DNA from: Octopus vulgaris
Taxonomy: Eukaryota
Assembly (NCBI GenBank): GCA_951406725.2
Contig: OX597821.1
Span: 59,148,001-59,212,000 of the forward strand
Reading direction: 5' to 3'
DNA: 64,000 bases
A model generated the notes under the pieces. That model was given only the letters and a program-made list of their open reading frames with translations, was not told the DNA's origin and searched no databases. The number at the start of each line of letters is the position of its first letter. The stretch's first letter is position 1. The translations under genes were made by a program, and so were the position numbers. This document shows positions 1-13,245 of this stretch, in pieces.

Positions 1-1659
1 TTAATAAAAATGTTCATTACTGAGAACAATTCATTACGCTTTTATTATTTTTAAGAAAGTTTTTTTCCCCTGTTCTTGAAATACGTGTGTTCAAAAATAT
101 AAGCTCAACGTTAAATAACAGCTTCGGCTGTCTTCAGCAACTTCTAAATACATCCATATTTCCTTTCGATAAACGATTTATATGTTAATATGTGTGATTT
201 AAGAAAATGACAGCAATAAGGTTTCGCGTAATGTATGCAGCGAAAAGGACACATTGAATCTAAACTACTACGTTACTAGGTATTTTATCACTGTACAACC
301 AAACCATAATATTAGTCGTAAGAAATATCTTTAAGAGTGCTGAATCGGTTTGAGGAAGGTGGGGTCATTAGGTTTGATGTTTGATCCTCAAAAGCCGGTG
401 GTTATGCTGTTGCTAAATGATCTCACTCGACCTTTTTTTTTTTTTATAGAAGACATAAAACCGACAATATGTGACAAAAATTAAAGAGACAGCAAATTAC
501 CGCCTTATTTTCTCAGTCAGTCTAAATGTTAGTGACTCAAATTGCTTTTGCGAAATTTATTTTCTCAGCCGCATTAATTGAATTTTAAAATGGCGAGACA
601 TTTTTTTTCTCTCTATAGTAGCTGTACATAATTATTAATTATATTAGCCCCATAACCATTCAAGTTTGTAAATAACCTGCATATTGTTATAGTATTTCAG
701 AAAAATCTCTTATTTAGGAAAATAAAACGAAGTTATTTTTCATAACACAGTCGTCGAAAGCTAGCTAGTACTGATGCAGTAGAGTTTGAATAGATTTCTC
801 CCTCCAAACACATTGTTCCACATTGTGATGAGTCAGGGTCGAAGATATGACAAGGTGTTTAAAGATGTAATTAAACGATTAACTTTAGTGTGGTTTGTTG
901 ATTTAGGTGATGGTGACAATAAACATCGAACGCCCATTTTGGTGTGGCCAGCTCGGTGGATCAGGGCGGGTCGCTCTATCTTTTGGTACACATTCTTAAA
1001 CTCAACTCCTCTTTTGTATATCGCCTCACTCATCATCCTTTTCGCAGTCGTTGCCACAATCATCATCACTTACATCATTAACCATCATCGTAAACACCAT
1101 CATCTACATCACAACTTACATCATTACCTTCGCGACCGTTTATTATCATTAATCATCTTACAACATTAACTTACTATGTCAACACTCATTAAGCATCATC
1201 ATCATCATCATCATCAAAAATTTAATCAGAGTAATATTGAATTTAAATTTAGCAGTGGTTTGCTGGCCTATTGTTTTGGTAAAATAGAGTAACTTTTCTC
1301 TCGTGCAAGAGATTCATTTATTGAAGAAACCGAGTAGTTATAATATAGCAAAATACATACAGCGGCAAAGTAACTATGTATACACGCGCGCGCATGCACA
1401 CATATTACACAACTACATACATACATACATACACTCATGCCTCGCAGTATTGAGTACTTTCTTTCGTTTAAATGCATTTCATATCTGTGGGATACTATCA
1501 ATCCATTTTTACTACTGTTCATTAGTTTGTTCATAGCTTCCTTATAGTAGCAAGCTTGGTGGACCCATTACTTGCTGTATATGTGTGCTGCAACCGTGTT
1601 GTGTAAACACACACACAGACACGTGCGTGTGTCCGTATGTGTACACAGTACGATTCCAG

Positions 1660-1716
<57 letters not shown>

Positions 1717-2399
1717 CCTGTCCATACGTGTTTTGGACACGAACAACCAACACGTAGTGTTTCTAGTAAGACCTTTGCTACTAGAAATTAGCAATAACAG
1801 AATTGCATAGTAGTAAAAACTAACAACAGATAAAATAAAATGAAGGGGAGGAGGCTGTGTGTGTGTTGTTTTTATTGCCATTGTGGTTATCAATGTAAAC
1901 CGCCACTAGATATTTTTTTTTTAAATGTTAGAAGTAGTAGACATAGCGACAGAAGCTGTAGAACAGAACCGTTGTAAAGAGACGAAAAGATGATACTAGT
2001 AGCTAGGAAAATGATTTAGGTGGTAGTAGACGTAGCAGCCATTATAGTACTGATTGGTAGGTTGGTGGCGGTTTTACTAGATAGCACACCCAGTCGGTAG
2101 AAAGAACCACTCCCTCTTTAATTGCACGAAGGGGAAAAGAGAATAAAAACAAAACAATACGAAAAACAATTTTCCTGTTCACTAGTTTGTTAAATCTAAT
2201 TGTCGAAATTACCTTCACATTCTCAAAGAACTTTGTGTCTCGAGCTTTGGATAAAGCCACGCTAATTTCTCAATACATTTTGTTAAGCATACTTAAATAT
2301 AACCATACGGTTTGATTTTCTCTATACATACTTCTTTCTCTCTCGTGTATGTATAAGAGTGCATATAAATGTGTATTTGTGTATACACACACACACACA

Positions 2400-2452
<53 letters not shown>

Positions 2453-4646
2453 AAGAGAGACAGATAGACAAACAGATGAGTGTAAGAATGCGTATGTATA
2501 AAGTACGTGTCTATATGCACGTACACATATTTCCAGTGTGGGTTAATATGCACGAATAACTATGTCTTTGTATATGTGCATATATTATAGACATGGTATG
2601 ACAAAAGTGTGACAAATCTGTTTAGATTTGTGTATATAAATGCGTAGTTATATACATGTTTGTGTGAATATACTACCATATATATAAAAGGGATGCAGTT
2701 GTTTATGCAGTTCGTGCATTTTAATTTAAACATCTTGTCTTCAGAATGTCTTCCTTAGAATGTAAACTATCTAGAGACTAAAACGAATTTTTTTTAACCA
2801 GACCAAAGCGTTAACCGCCTTTTCCCCCTTTCAATTTGCCCATCCTACTTAATCAAATGCTTTCAACTAGAGTATTTTTCTTTTTTTACTCTAGGTTCAA
2901 ATCTGTATATTCGCCTGTTAAAGAATATCTGGTCTTTTCCATTTAACATTTTTTTTTAAATGTCGAAACAATTCATCGATATATGTGCCAGCATATCAAT
3001 ACTACTACTATAACTTCTACTACTCGGTTATCTTTTAAAGAGCCTTCTGAAATATCTCGCTGTTTGAGATAGATACAAGTTGTTATGGAAGGCCTTACTC
3101 CTCCCTGCCGACATTCTGGGAGGATCTCCTCGTGATTTCTTAACACATTATTTTCTTTTCTCCTTTCTGTTATGTTTCATTTTAAAAAAATACTACCAGC
3201 ATCTTTTGGCCTATTATTGGTATCTGTTGAAACAAAATTTATTTCTATTTTATTCTTTTACGCCGTATGTAGACCATAGTAGTTTAGTAATAGGGTGTGG
3301 TTTAACATATTTCTACAATACATGTGTAATTTTATTCTTATATAAGAAATTTGTAGCTTCGTGTCGGAAAATATCTGATGCTTAAAGAAAAAATACATTC
3401 GTTCATATATATGTATGTATGTATACCTTTTGCCTAGAAACAGACCAAATAAAAAACGAGCAACATAGAAACTAACATCTTTCCGTAGTCGTTGTTGTTG
3501 CAGCCTAAAGGCTTAACAAGCATGACTCAACCCACATTGACCTTCATTTTAACTATAGTTATGTCAGTTTATGTTCAGGCGCAGTTATTAGCCACATCAG
3601 AATACACCAGTGACATACTAAAATATATTCTTCATTTTTCACACAGCTCCCTGACAAATTATATTTTGACTTGCATTAGCGAGCAGAACGAGAGAAGGAA
3701 AGACAAGGAAAATGTAAGATTAAAAAAAAAAGTTTCCAGAACGTATGTTCACAATAGAATTTATTCGCGCTTTTTTGTGTGTGAGTATTTGAAGAGAAGA
3801 GATATTATACGTTTAATTCTACCTTCTCAGTTTGATCTTGAATGAAAAGCAGTTAAATGAACACTAATGTAAGTATAACTGTTGTTTGAATAGAAGGGAT
3901 TACAATTATTTGTGGTGTATCTTGATTATAATCAATATATCGCATATATTTGCTTGAGTATTTTAATTAATATTCGAGCCTGAAAGAGAACATGAATTTT
4001 ATGAATAATTCTTAAGGCTATTGTACTTAATATAAGACACGCTCTAACATAAGGTGCCGTTGAATGTACTGAAATCTTTCTACATCTTTTGAGATGAAAT
4101 TAATAGTATTTAATGAAGTACGAAAGTGCGGCTTTCTTACACCGGCTCTTAAGGTTTATATTTTAGGGAAGAGATGTAATTTCTTGATGGAAATTATCAA
4201 TATTATAGGTGGTAAACATTTACTTATTTCTTAGAAATAAAAGTGCTGTTGTCATGAGTATTAAGTCATTCTAATTTTGAAGATGTTCAACAACGAATGT
4301 TTCTAAAAGACCCAATTTACTTTATTTCTTTAAGATGTTTTACAACATTACAGAACTAGGCTGTCAACGAAGCCTTAAAACTCTTCAGATCTTTGCAACT
4401 TAATTGTAGTCTTTTGCTGACCAGAGTTTTAGTCTTTGGGCACAGTTTAATAGTTTCCACTAACTAAACTCATTAGAAGCTATAACTATTCTTTTTAACC
4501 AATATAATGCATTTTCTTATCCCGAACGCATATATATATATATATACCACTGATTTTATATATTCTTATATATATTCACTGTTCTGTATTATTCAAAACT
4601 AATGATTAACAGTGAATTACAAGATTGCTATTAAGGTCATGTTAAG

Positions 4647-5411
4647 TACTGCACTTGCTGGTTTATAAAACGCACTTTTTAAAAAAAATAAAAAATGTAA
4701 ATGTATCCAAAAATTCCTAGCGTCTAATGCGGCTGTATTACAGAGGAGAGACCAAGTGCTGTAGGCTTGGGACTGAATGTGCATAAGTCTGCTAAGCACA
4801 ATAATTATTACTAATAACAAAATGCTGAAAACAAGCCAACTTAGGTATGTGAGCAGTTATGTGGGGAGGTCACATCATCACATTATACCTCCTTCCCTAG
4901 CATACATAATCTGCTCCTGATTTATGTCTTACATCATTTAAAAACCTTGTTCCCCTTATGAAACATTTTAATTATTTAAATGAAATATTTCCATAGAATG
5001 GTGAAAGGAATGTTAAACATTCATACATGTGACAGCTATTTGCAATGGGTGGATGACAACAAAATCATAGCGGTGGTGCGCTATCCAATTGGACGATCGT
5101 GGCAACATAAAACATCACAGCCATAACTACGAGTTTTACATCCTGTGTGGCAATTCTCTTGATCAAAATATAAACAACTATACAGAAGATGAAGATGAAA
5201 TATGGCACTCATATAATGTAGTTTATTTATGATAGATATGCGGTGTCATAGGTTATTTCACTATTCTGTCACATCATACTTACCTGCACAGAATCTTAGA
5301 TTTACCCTCGCAAAACCACTTTAAAATATCTTTCAGCAAGTATATGATGTAACATACATTTCCCCCACAAAATAAAGTGACGGTGCATCTTATACGCCTG
5401 CAAATACAGTA
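4647..5411 (+). mobile_element. Degenerate pogo/Tigger-like (Tc1/mariner superfamily) DNA transposon
   Basis: Imperfect TIRs tactgcacttgctggtttataaaacgcac and ggtgcatcttatacgcctgcaaatacagta, both with TA ends. The interior weakly resembles a decayed pogo DDE C-terminus. Confidence 0.55.
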
Positions 5412-6220
5412 TGTTTAATATACTCTGGTTACTATCTCCATAATCTGTACTAATATAATTCGGTTAAGTAAAAGTAAAATAAGACTGTGCGAGTTTCGAA
5501 CACGGGAGAATTATTATACTATTTTCATATGTAGCATTCAAATATAACGGTAGTGGCATTCAACTGTAGCGAAAGTTGCAATATCTCAAAAAAATTATTT
5601 CGTTACTCTGTTTAAATTACTAATTAAAAGTATATTACTCTATCTCATGAATTAGTTTTAGTAAAACTTACACCTCACACATTGCTACCTGTCAGAGATA
5701 AATATAATCAAATTATAAGATTTATTATGTGCAACAGAAGCAGGATTGGTATAAAATAGCAATCTGTGTATCATACTTGATGCACAGATGTAACGGAATA
5801 CAAAATTAATTGCGGTATTTGTCTTGAAATAGTATCGCTGATAAACGTACAAAATTAAATAACACGAAAATATATCAGAGAACATCGTCCATCAGTGTTG
5901 TTGGTCTTGTTAGATGCTTGTTTATACCTTTTTGGGCTTCATCAGTTGCAACTACCAAATGGCAACTACATGCTGAGACAAAATCCGCTGTCACTGATGT
6001 AGGAAAACAGTGGTTGAAAAATCGCAGCTGTTGCAATTAGCTGGCTGGCTGAATAAAAAATTCGTTATGTGCAGCAGAAGAATATTAATTTAAAATAGCA
6101 TAAAATGAAGCTATAAGTTTAAAATAAAAATGTATTATGAAACTTTGGAATTAATCTCCGTCTCAAATAACAAAGGATTGGAGAAAGTGGGAGGGAGAGA
6201 AAGAAAGAAAGAGAGAGAGA

Positions 6221-6281
<61 letters not shown>

Positions 6282-6929
6282 TGTTTTAATTTAACCTGAA
6301 TGGACGACTTGATAAAGTATATACGTAAGTCAACTATTTATGATCGGTATGTATATGAAGAATTGTTGTCCTTCGAAGAAATGAAAATGTTTAACTATTG
6401 AATAAGCCGCAAATAATTAACTATATTTAGTTTCAGCTGGGTTCTATCGTTGCAAGAAGAATGTAAGTGGTTGCCATGAGTTATGAATAAGCTGTTGTAA
6501 AACTACATCGATTCCCACTTCAGAAGCATCCATTTAAAAAGAGATAAGGATGCCTCTGGTATCGGATGGGTCAATAAGGTAACTTTAGATATCTTATTGT
6601 AAGTCGTTTGCCACTGGTTTATTTTTGCATTTTTCTTCCTTTCTTTATATGATAACTCCTTAAGTTGTCTCAGTGTAGTGCGAAATGATATATCTATAAA
6701 AAATAACCAAACCGAAGAATTCTCGAAATTTCTATAGAGATGTAGGTAGTGGAAACTGTAAAATAGTTTTCACCTTATTTTGCGCAGGTAGAATCCCGTT
6801 TTTATTCATAACGTGTCCTAAGAATATTTAAGATGAAACACATGGCAGGGTCTATTTCTGCATCATATTGAAATCGCCAAATAAAAGTCAGTTGTAGATG
6901 TTTATCCTGTGATAGGAAGAACTGTCTGC

Positions 6930-7090
6930 CAGGTGTGGTTGTGTGGTAAGCATCTTGCTTCCCAACTCCATGGTTCCAGGTTCAGTCCCACTGCGTGGCA
7001 CCTTGAGCAAGTGTCTTCTATAGCCCTGGGGTCACCGAAGCCTTGCGAGAGGATTTGATAGAAGGAAACTGAAAGAAGCCCGTCGTATAT
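6930..7090 (+). mobile_element. SINE family A, 5' half (tRNA-like head)
   Basis: gtgtggtaag...ggttcagtccc (A/B-box like), then ccttgagcaagtgtcttcta...ggaaactgaaagaagcccgtcg. Matches the full copy at 59611. The 3' half lies at about 8240-8460. Confidence 0.85.
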
Positions 7091-7129
7091 ATGTGTGTGT
7101 GCGTGTACGTGCGTGCGTGCGAGTAAGTA

Positions 7130-7350
7130 CATAAATGCAAAACAAGGTGGAAAAAATAGTACTCGAATACCGAAGATAGAGTAATATGCTTTTTATTAAA
7201 GCTACAAAAACATCTAAAAAAAAACTGCTACTCAGAGTTTCATGTTCCTGTCTGGCAGTTGTGATCAATAGTGGAATAAAATACAGTTTTATTCCATTTT
7301 TGATCACAACTGCCCGACGAACGGGAACGTGAAACTGAGTAGCGGGGTTT
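7130..7350. mobile_element. Inverted pair of PLE-like termini forming a hairpin, with a hammerhead-like motif in each arm
   Basis: 7227-7281 is the imperfect reverse complement of 7287-7343. The + arm reads aactgc-CCGACGA-acg ggaa cgt-GAAA-ctgag-TA-gcgg. Confidence 0.65.
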
Positions 7351-7689
7351 TTTTTTGCGATGGATCTTTGTGGATTCCGTCAGTGTTTACAATTATCTTT
7401 AAAAATATATTTTAATGTATCATATCGATGTAATTTTTGACACTGATTCCGAATTTGTTATTCATTTTTTCCAGAAAATTTTTTACAAAAGTGTTGCAGG
7501 TGTTGAAAGTTTGATAATTTTCAAAATTTTCAGCCAATCAGAAAACAGTGCGTTCGCTGCCTCTTCCATCATCGGGGGTGGGGGAATTGGCATGTCAGAA
7601 AATTGCTAGACACACACACACACTCACAGAGTTGAAACACTGTTTGATTTTCTGTTCAGCGTTGAATGTTCACCACCCCACTTCTATTG

Positions 7690-7772
<83 letters not shown>

Positions 7773-7954
7773 TAACATACCTCCCTTTTGCATACACACT
7801 CATATACTCAGAGTTGAAACGCTCCCACTACCATCATCCCTTCCTTCCTTATTCATCTATCACCCCTACTTTTCTCATTCATATGTTGTGACGGAGAAAA
7901 ACGCAAGAGTATTATTTTAGTAGATTATCTATTTCCTTCTCCTCCTTGTACTCA

Positions 7955-8180
7955 TGCGCAGCATCTTTGGTTACTATGGAAACAGAGTTCTTCGCCACGG
8001 TGATGTGTAAAATACTCGCTTCTGATTGGCTAAAATACCCAAATTTAGCAAACTTTAAAGGCCAATAACTTTTTAATTGTGAATTTATAGGAAAAATGAA
8101 TTTCATTTTCATAATAATATACGAAACAATCCATATACCAAATTTGAAAACAACTGGAACAAAATTGTAAATAGTGAAGA
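7955..8180 (-). repeat. Interspersed repeat (MITE-like); inverted copy at about 16150-16440
   Basis: gattggctaaaatacccaaatttagcaaactttaaaggccaataacttttt is the imperfect reverse complement of aaaaagttattagcctttaaaatttgcaaaatttgggtattttaggcaatc near 16260. Confidence 0.7.
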
Positions 8181-8239
8181 AAACCACAGATACAAAAAGG
8201 TGTATATATACACACATACACACACACACACACACACAC

Positions 8240-8462
8240 ATACATATATAAGTGTGTGTGTATGTGTCTTTGTGTTTGTTCCCCACCATTGCTCGACAAT
8301 CGGTGGTGTGTCCACGTCCCCGTAACCTAGCGGTTCGGCAAAAGAGACCGATGGAATAAGTACTAGGATTAAAAAGAAAAAGTCCTAGGGTCGATTTGGA
8401 CGGCTAGAACTCTTCAAAGCGATGCTCCAGCATGGCCGACGACTGAAACAAGTAAAAGATAG
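8240..8462 (+). mobile_element. SINE family A, 3' half
   Basis: gtccccgtaacctagcggttcggcaaaagagaccg...gctccagcatggccg...ctgaaacaagtaaaag. Confidence 0.85.
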
Positions 8463-8489
8463 AAGAAAACAAAATCTAAAGCACGAATA

Positions 8490-8592
8490 ACTACAACTCC
8501 ATCTATGAATCTCTGGAAAGAATTGGGTGCATTTCGGAAATGGAAAGAAAACTCAAATTCAAAGAGTCTAAAAGGCGTAATTACAGCTGTTA
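8490..8592 (-). pseudogene. Short Ty3/Gypsy reverse transcriptase fragment
   Basis: Minus strand translates TAVITPFRLFEFEFSFHFRNAPNSFQRFIDGV, resembling the Gypsy RT motif KTAxxTPFGLFEFxxMPFGLRNAPxxFQRxxD. Confidence 0.65.
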
Positions 8593-8964
8593 AAGAGAAT
8601 TGGGATTTTATTATTTTTATTTTTTGTATTTACAATTTGACGAGAGGTCATGGAGTAGCTTACTCGAGGAAGGAAATCACTTTAGCTTTGTTCAACACTG
8701 GACAATTTTTCGTGACCCGTAATACTCGCAACGCTTTTAAAACGAACATCAGCAGTTTCAACTGAAATTTGGTTATAAGCCCGAACCTTGGGAAACACCG
8801 TGACGCCGTGCATGGAATATACAAAATCGTAGATGTGTGGATTAGGATATTTGTCCGGTGTTTAATATCCTGTAATCACGATGCTATCCTGTTTGTTTTT
8901 GGTATCATTTTCAAAGGAAACCGCACAGTTCATTGTTTTTAATGATGCACAATCGGATAAATCC

Positions 8965-9440
8965 ACCACCACCGCCACCGCCATCACTTCAGCCAATCGT
9001 GACCAGGTGGGACAGCTATTTGGATGCCTGAAATTTCTATGCCAAGAACCTTGCAGAAGTTACACAAATTGTAGAGTTTTGAGGATGAAGGCATTTTAAT
9101 GCAGAGAGCGAAAGAAACTGTGCGAAATCTTGAGATCAGGACTGACTTCACCCAAATCTGTTCGAACAATCTGCAGTTGAAAGAGTTGATTTTGAAAGCT
9201 GAGCCAACAGCCTTCACCATCTACGATGCTTACAAAAGTCTCAAAGAACTGAAATTCAACGAAGACCCTTGATGCATCATGAATTACATTGATTTTAGAT
9301 TGAATAAAAACGAAATCAATTCGATAATTCCCCGAAGTTTCATCCGCAGAATATGTAGATTTGATACAGTGCCAAGCACATCAGCTGTTGTAGAACGCAG
9401 ATTTTCGATGATGAAAAAAATCCTTGCAAAAGGCAGGAAT
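8965..9440 (+). pseudogene. hAT-type transposase remnant
   Basis: Translates PPPPSLQPIVTRWDSYLDA*NFYAKNL (TRW motif) and PSTSAVVERRFSMMKKILAKGRNF (hAT C-terminal dimerisation-type ERxFS motif), with stops and frameshifts. Confidence 0.75.
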
Positions 9441-9700
9441 TTTTTTTTTGCCTTCAAATAAAAAGCATTTCATCCTATTGTACTATAATAAATTTCCACA
9501 GTAGTTATTTTTTAAAATTGTTTTGGTAATACTCGTATATCACAAAGTAATCAAAACTAGAGTGAACTCCCTAATGTTAATGGATTTATTATTGTTATTA
9601 TTATTATTATTATTATTATCATCATCATCATCATCATCATCATCATTATTATTAATAATAATAATAATAATAATAATGATAAAATAATAATAATAATAAT

Positions 9701-10156
9701 TGTTTGTCTTGGTATAAAAGATGGGCTACAGCAAATATTCTTCTCAATACCACAGATTTGCTTGTCAGTTGTTTGACCTTAACCAGTTGACCATATCCCT
9801 TTGTGGCTGACGATATGTGCATCTCTGATCATGAGCAGAACTAGTGGGGGAGCATCATAGCCGTGTGTTGAAAGGAATTCTTAGAGGTTTGGATAATTCA
9901 CCTTTGGAAACATGGGTGGTTCATTCAACATCCTTAAACAATCCTTATTCAGGGACCTTTTGAGCGGGATGGGTTACTCGACCAGAAGAAAATTCTAACT
10001 GGGCCCCACCTGCAAGGTCATGTGCTGTTTATCTTGATATGGTTGCGATGCATGTGCCTGGTGTACCCTTATCAGACGGGTAGTCATGATGGGTATACTG
10101 AGCTTCGTATATTTTACCCCAGTGTCACTTTGATGGCATGCACTGCTCTCTCACTC

Positions 10157-10157
<1 letters not shown>
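9701..10157 (+). mobile_element. About 460-bp insert embedded in (AAT)n; probable 3' UTR of a microsatellite-targeting non-LTR element
   Basis: Higher-GC non-coding block flanked by (AAT)n on both sides and ending ctctctcactcaataataat. Assignment to the R4/Dong group (known TAA targeting) is inference. Confidence 0.5.
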
Positions 10158-10215
<58 letters not shown>

Positions 10216-10619
10216 CAACAACAACAATAATAAAGTTAAAATGATGTTAAAATCTGTCAAAAATAAGGTTAAAAATGTCTGAAAGCAGTTTTTAAGGTTA
10301 AAAAAATTGCCCTACTTATCAACAAAGCTAACACATGGCTTCATTCTGTCATAGAATTTTTCATTGTGTGATTTGCTTTTACGGCTTCAGTCAGCCATAG
10401 CATGCAACACGTTGTGGAGGTGTTAACAGCTACAGGACTCAGGCGTGACTGTGTGGTAAGAAACTTGCTTCCCAACCACACGGTTTCAGATTCAGTCCCA
10501 CTGCGTAACACTTTAGACGAGTGTCTTCTATTGTAGCTTCGGGCCGACCAATGCCTTGTGAGTAGATTTGGTAGAAAGAAACTGAAGGATTCCCGTCGTA
10601 TACATAAATATATATATAT

Positions 10620-10780
10620 ACACAAGTATAACCATCCGAAATTGCAAAAATAATCTGGAACTCGACCGAAGAAAGAAAACTCCGAATGGCCCGTCCTTGT
10701 TTTCTTTGTATCGTCTGTTGTCCCTTTTTTTTGTATCACCTAACTATCTGGATGTTTTGCGTTCTTGTCCCATTTTGCAT

Positions 10781-10785
<5 letters not shown>
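10620..10785 (+). mobile_element. PLE-like terminus, family P2, inside a SINE A copy (head 10440-10600, tail 10848-10940)
   Basis: Ends ...ggatgttttgcgttcttgtcccattttgcat(TA)n. An inverted homologue is at 36300-36430; related copies are at 22510 and 61995. Confidence 0.55.
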
Positions 10786-10847
<62 letters not shown>

Positions 10848-11533
10848 CGGCGTTACGTACATTGGCGGTTCGACAAAAGAATCGATAGAATAAGTGCCTG
10901 GCTTGAAAAACAAGTACTGGGGTCGATTCGTTCGGCTAAAATTATTATAGATGCAAAACAACAGCACGGAGGAATCGACGTAAGCTTAAATAATAAACTG
11001 CGATATGGTGAGGGATTGCCGTTGTTGTAAATGCGTTTTGTAGTAAATTGAAAGTTACCAGGTGCCTAGAGATGTTATCAAGTGATCAAGACATTACAAA
11101 CGAAAGAGAAGTGGGTTTTATTATTTTCTTAATTCTTTGTATTTTACAATTTGATGAGAGGTCGTGGAGTAGCTGACGCGAGAAAGGAAATTACTTTAGC
11201 TTTGTTCAACACTGGACACTTTTTTCGTGACCTGTAATACTCACAACATACTTAAAATTGATTCTTTACACATAACTGAACAATTGTTGACTTGTTTCTC
11301 GTTGAGTTCCATTGCTTTAATAGCTGCTTTCAGCAATGAAGAAATAATTCACTTTTATTGTAACAATATATAAATGCACTTTCGAATAGCAACACATTCA
11401 TTTTTGCAAAAGTGTGAGAAAAATAAATGAGAGTGTCCAGTGGAAGAATTTGGCTTTAAGAATCTCCATTAATAGAATTAATTGTTGATTCGCATCCTGA
11501 AGGACCAACGAGCAATAAATAAATAATACAAAT

Positions 11534-11735
11534 GTCTCCGACAACAAAAGATCTTTTTTGATACTTTTCACAAGATGAAAATCTCTGCTAAATGCAACTT
11601 TTATTAACAAAAGTTAGAGTGAGGAAAATGGAATCAAATATCTCCCAACAAAGGTCTTTTTTGATACTTTTCATAAGGTGAAAATCTATGCTAGATGGAA
11701 GTTTTTGTTAACAAAGGTTAAAGGGAGGGAAAATA
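11534..11735. repeat. Diverged tandem duplication of about 107 bp
   Basis: tctcc..caacaaa.g.tcttttttgatacttttca.aag.tgaaaatct.tgcta occurs at about 11534 and 11641. Confidence 0.8.
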
Positions 11736-12339
11736 ACATATAAACAAGAACTAAAAAGAAAACAAAAAACAAAAACTTTCCAGATTTAGTTCAACCTTAG
11801 GCAGATGTTAATAAGTATATATAACCAAAACACGTTCTAACATGAAGCACAGCTTCATAACTGCAGCGATATATCCCCTTCAATCACAAATGTCAAAGAT
11901 TGCAACCGGAAATAAACTACTCGCTTGAACAATAAACATTTTACTGAATGTTTTCAACAGCATGTTTGTCATAGATTTTTGTGACTTCTTTTTGCTTTCT
12001 CTGTCATTGCTATAAAGAAGTGTATACACTTCGTCACAAACTGAATTGATAATACTGCCATTGGTCCTATTCTTGAAAAACTGTGTTTCGTTTTCTCGTC
12101 ACTTATAATTTCCAAGATCTTGTGAATCGAAATTGTTCACCTCTAAAACAGAAGAAAGTCCGTTGGGCAAATAACGATGCTCAAAAATGTCAAAACGTAT
12201 CATTATCATTTATATACGTACGATAATAACTGACTTACAATATGGATCGTCCGCAAACATTTTGGACGAAAAGCCAGCTGTGATCAAAACAGGCGCGTTC
12301 AACAAGTTATTTAGTACTTTTTAACTTTCATCTTTGTTT

Positions 12340-12760
12340 TACCTTTCACTTGTTTCACTTATTAGCCTGCGGGCATCCTGGGACATCGGCAAGAAGGGGT
12401 TAGTCGAACAAATCAACCACAGCACTTATTTTAAAGTTTGATACTTATTCTATCGGCCATGTTTGCCAAACCACTCTGTTACAAGGACGTAAATAAATCA
12501 ATACTGTTTGGCCAGCGTTGGAGGAAGGGCACTCACACACACACCACCACCACCACCACCACCACCATTACCACCACACAAACACACGCATATAGGTAAG
12601 TCTACGACGAGCTTCCCCACAGTTTCTGTCTACGAGATTCACTCACAAGACATTGGTTGGCCTGGAGCTACAGTGAAATACACATGTCTGAAATGCCACA
12701 GAGTGGGATTGAACACGAGACCGAGTGGTTGCAAAGCGGGCATCTTAACTATGCAGACGT
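12340..12760 (-). mobile_element. SINE family A, diverged full-length copy
   Basis: Reverse-complement similarity to 59611-60218 across tail, internal repeat and head. Confidence 0.7.
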
Positions 12761-13027
12761 ACCTACATCTATAGTGCTTGAAGAATCTACCAGAGAAATA
12801 ACAGATCTTGATTCCATCCTTACAATAACTAGTTTGATGTTCTACGATTGCCATTTTCAATATCGCATGACTGGCTCTTCCCGTTCGTCTCTCTCAGATC
12901 GACAAAATAAGCTGTAGCGAGGCCAATTCACCCGCCTAAATCACTTCAAATTAGTGAAATCTCATTCAACAACAACAAAAAAGAAAATTGAAGTACTTTT
13001 GCCTGGTTAATATTGAAGCAAACATGA

Positions 13028-13245
13028 AGGCAGCGAGGTGACAGAATCGTTAGCACGCTGGGCAAGATACTTAGCGGCATTTCATCCGTCTTTACGTTCT
13101 GAGTTCAAATTCCGCCGAGGTCGACTTTTCCTTTCATCAGTCCGGAGTCGATAAAATAAGGACCAGTTGAGTACTGGAGTCGATGTAATCAACTTGGCCC
13201 CTCCTCCGAAATTTTTAGCCCTTGTGCTAAAATTTGAAACCAATA
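13028..13245 (+). mobile_element. SINE family B
   Basis: ggcagcgaggtgacagaatcgttagcacg...gagttcaaattcc (B box), gtcgacttttcctttcatc...gtcgataaaataag, tail ccttgtgctaaaatttgaaacc. Confidence 0.85.

Noticed and set aside
786-1169. 127-aa ORF with a hydrophobic stretch and His-rich tail
   Set aside because: Non-ATG start; the His/Ile content comes from degenerate (CAT)n; no recognisable domain.
1531-2559. Many [16 protein letters not shown] ORFs here and across the window
   Set aside because: They are translations of (TA)n, (CA)n and (TCTA)n microsatellites.
5905-5955. Minus-strand CTGATGAAGCCC hammerhead-like box
   Set aside because: GAAA is replaced by TAAA and helix I does not pair convincingly.
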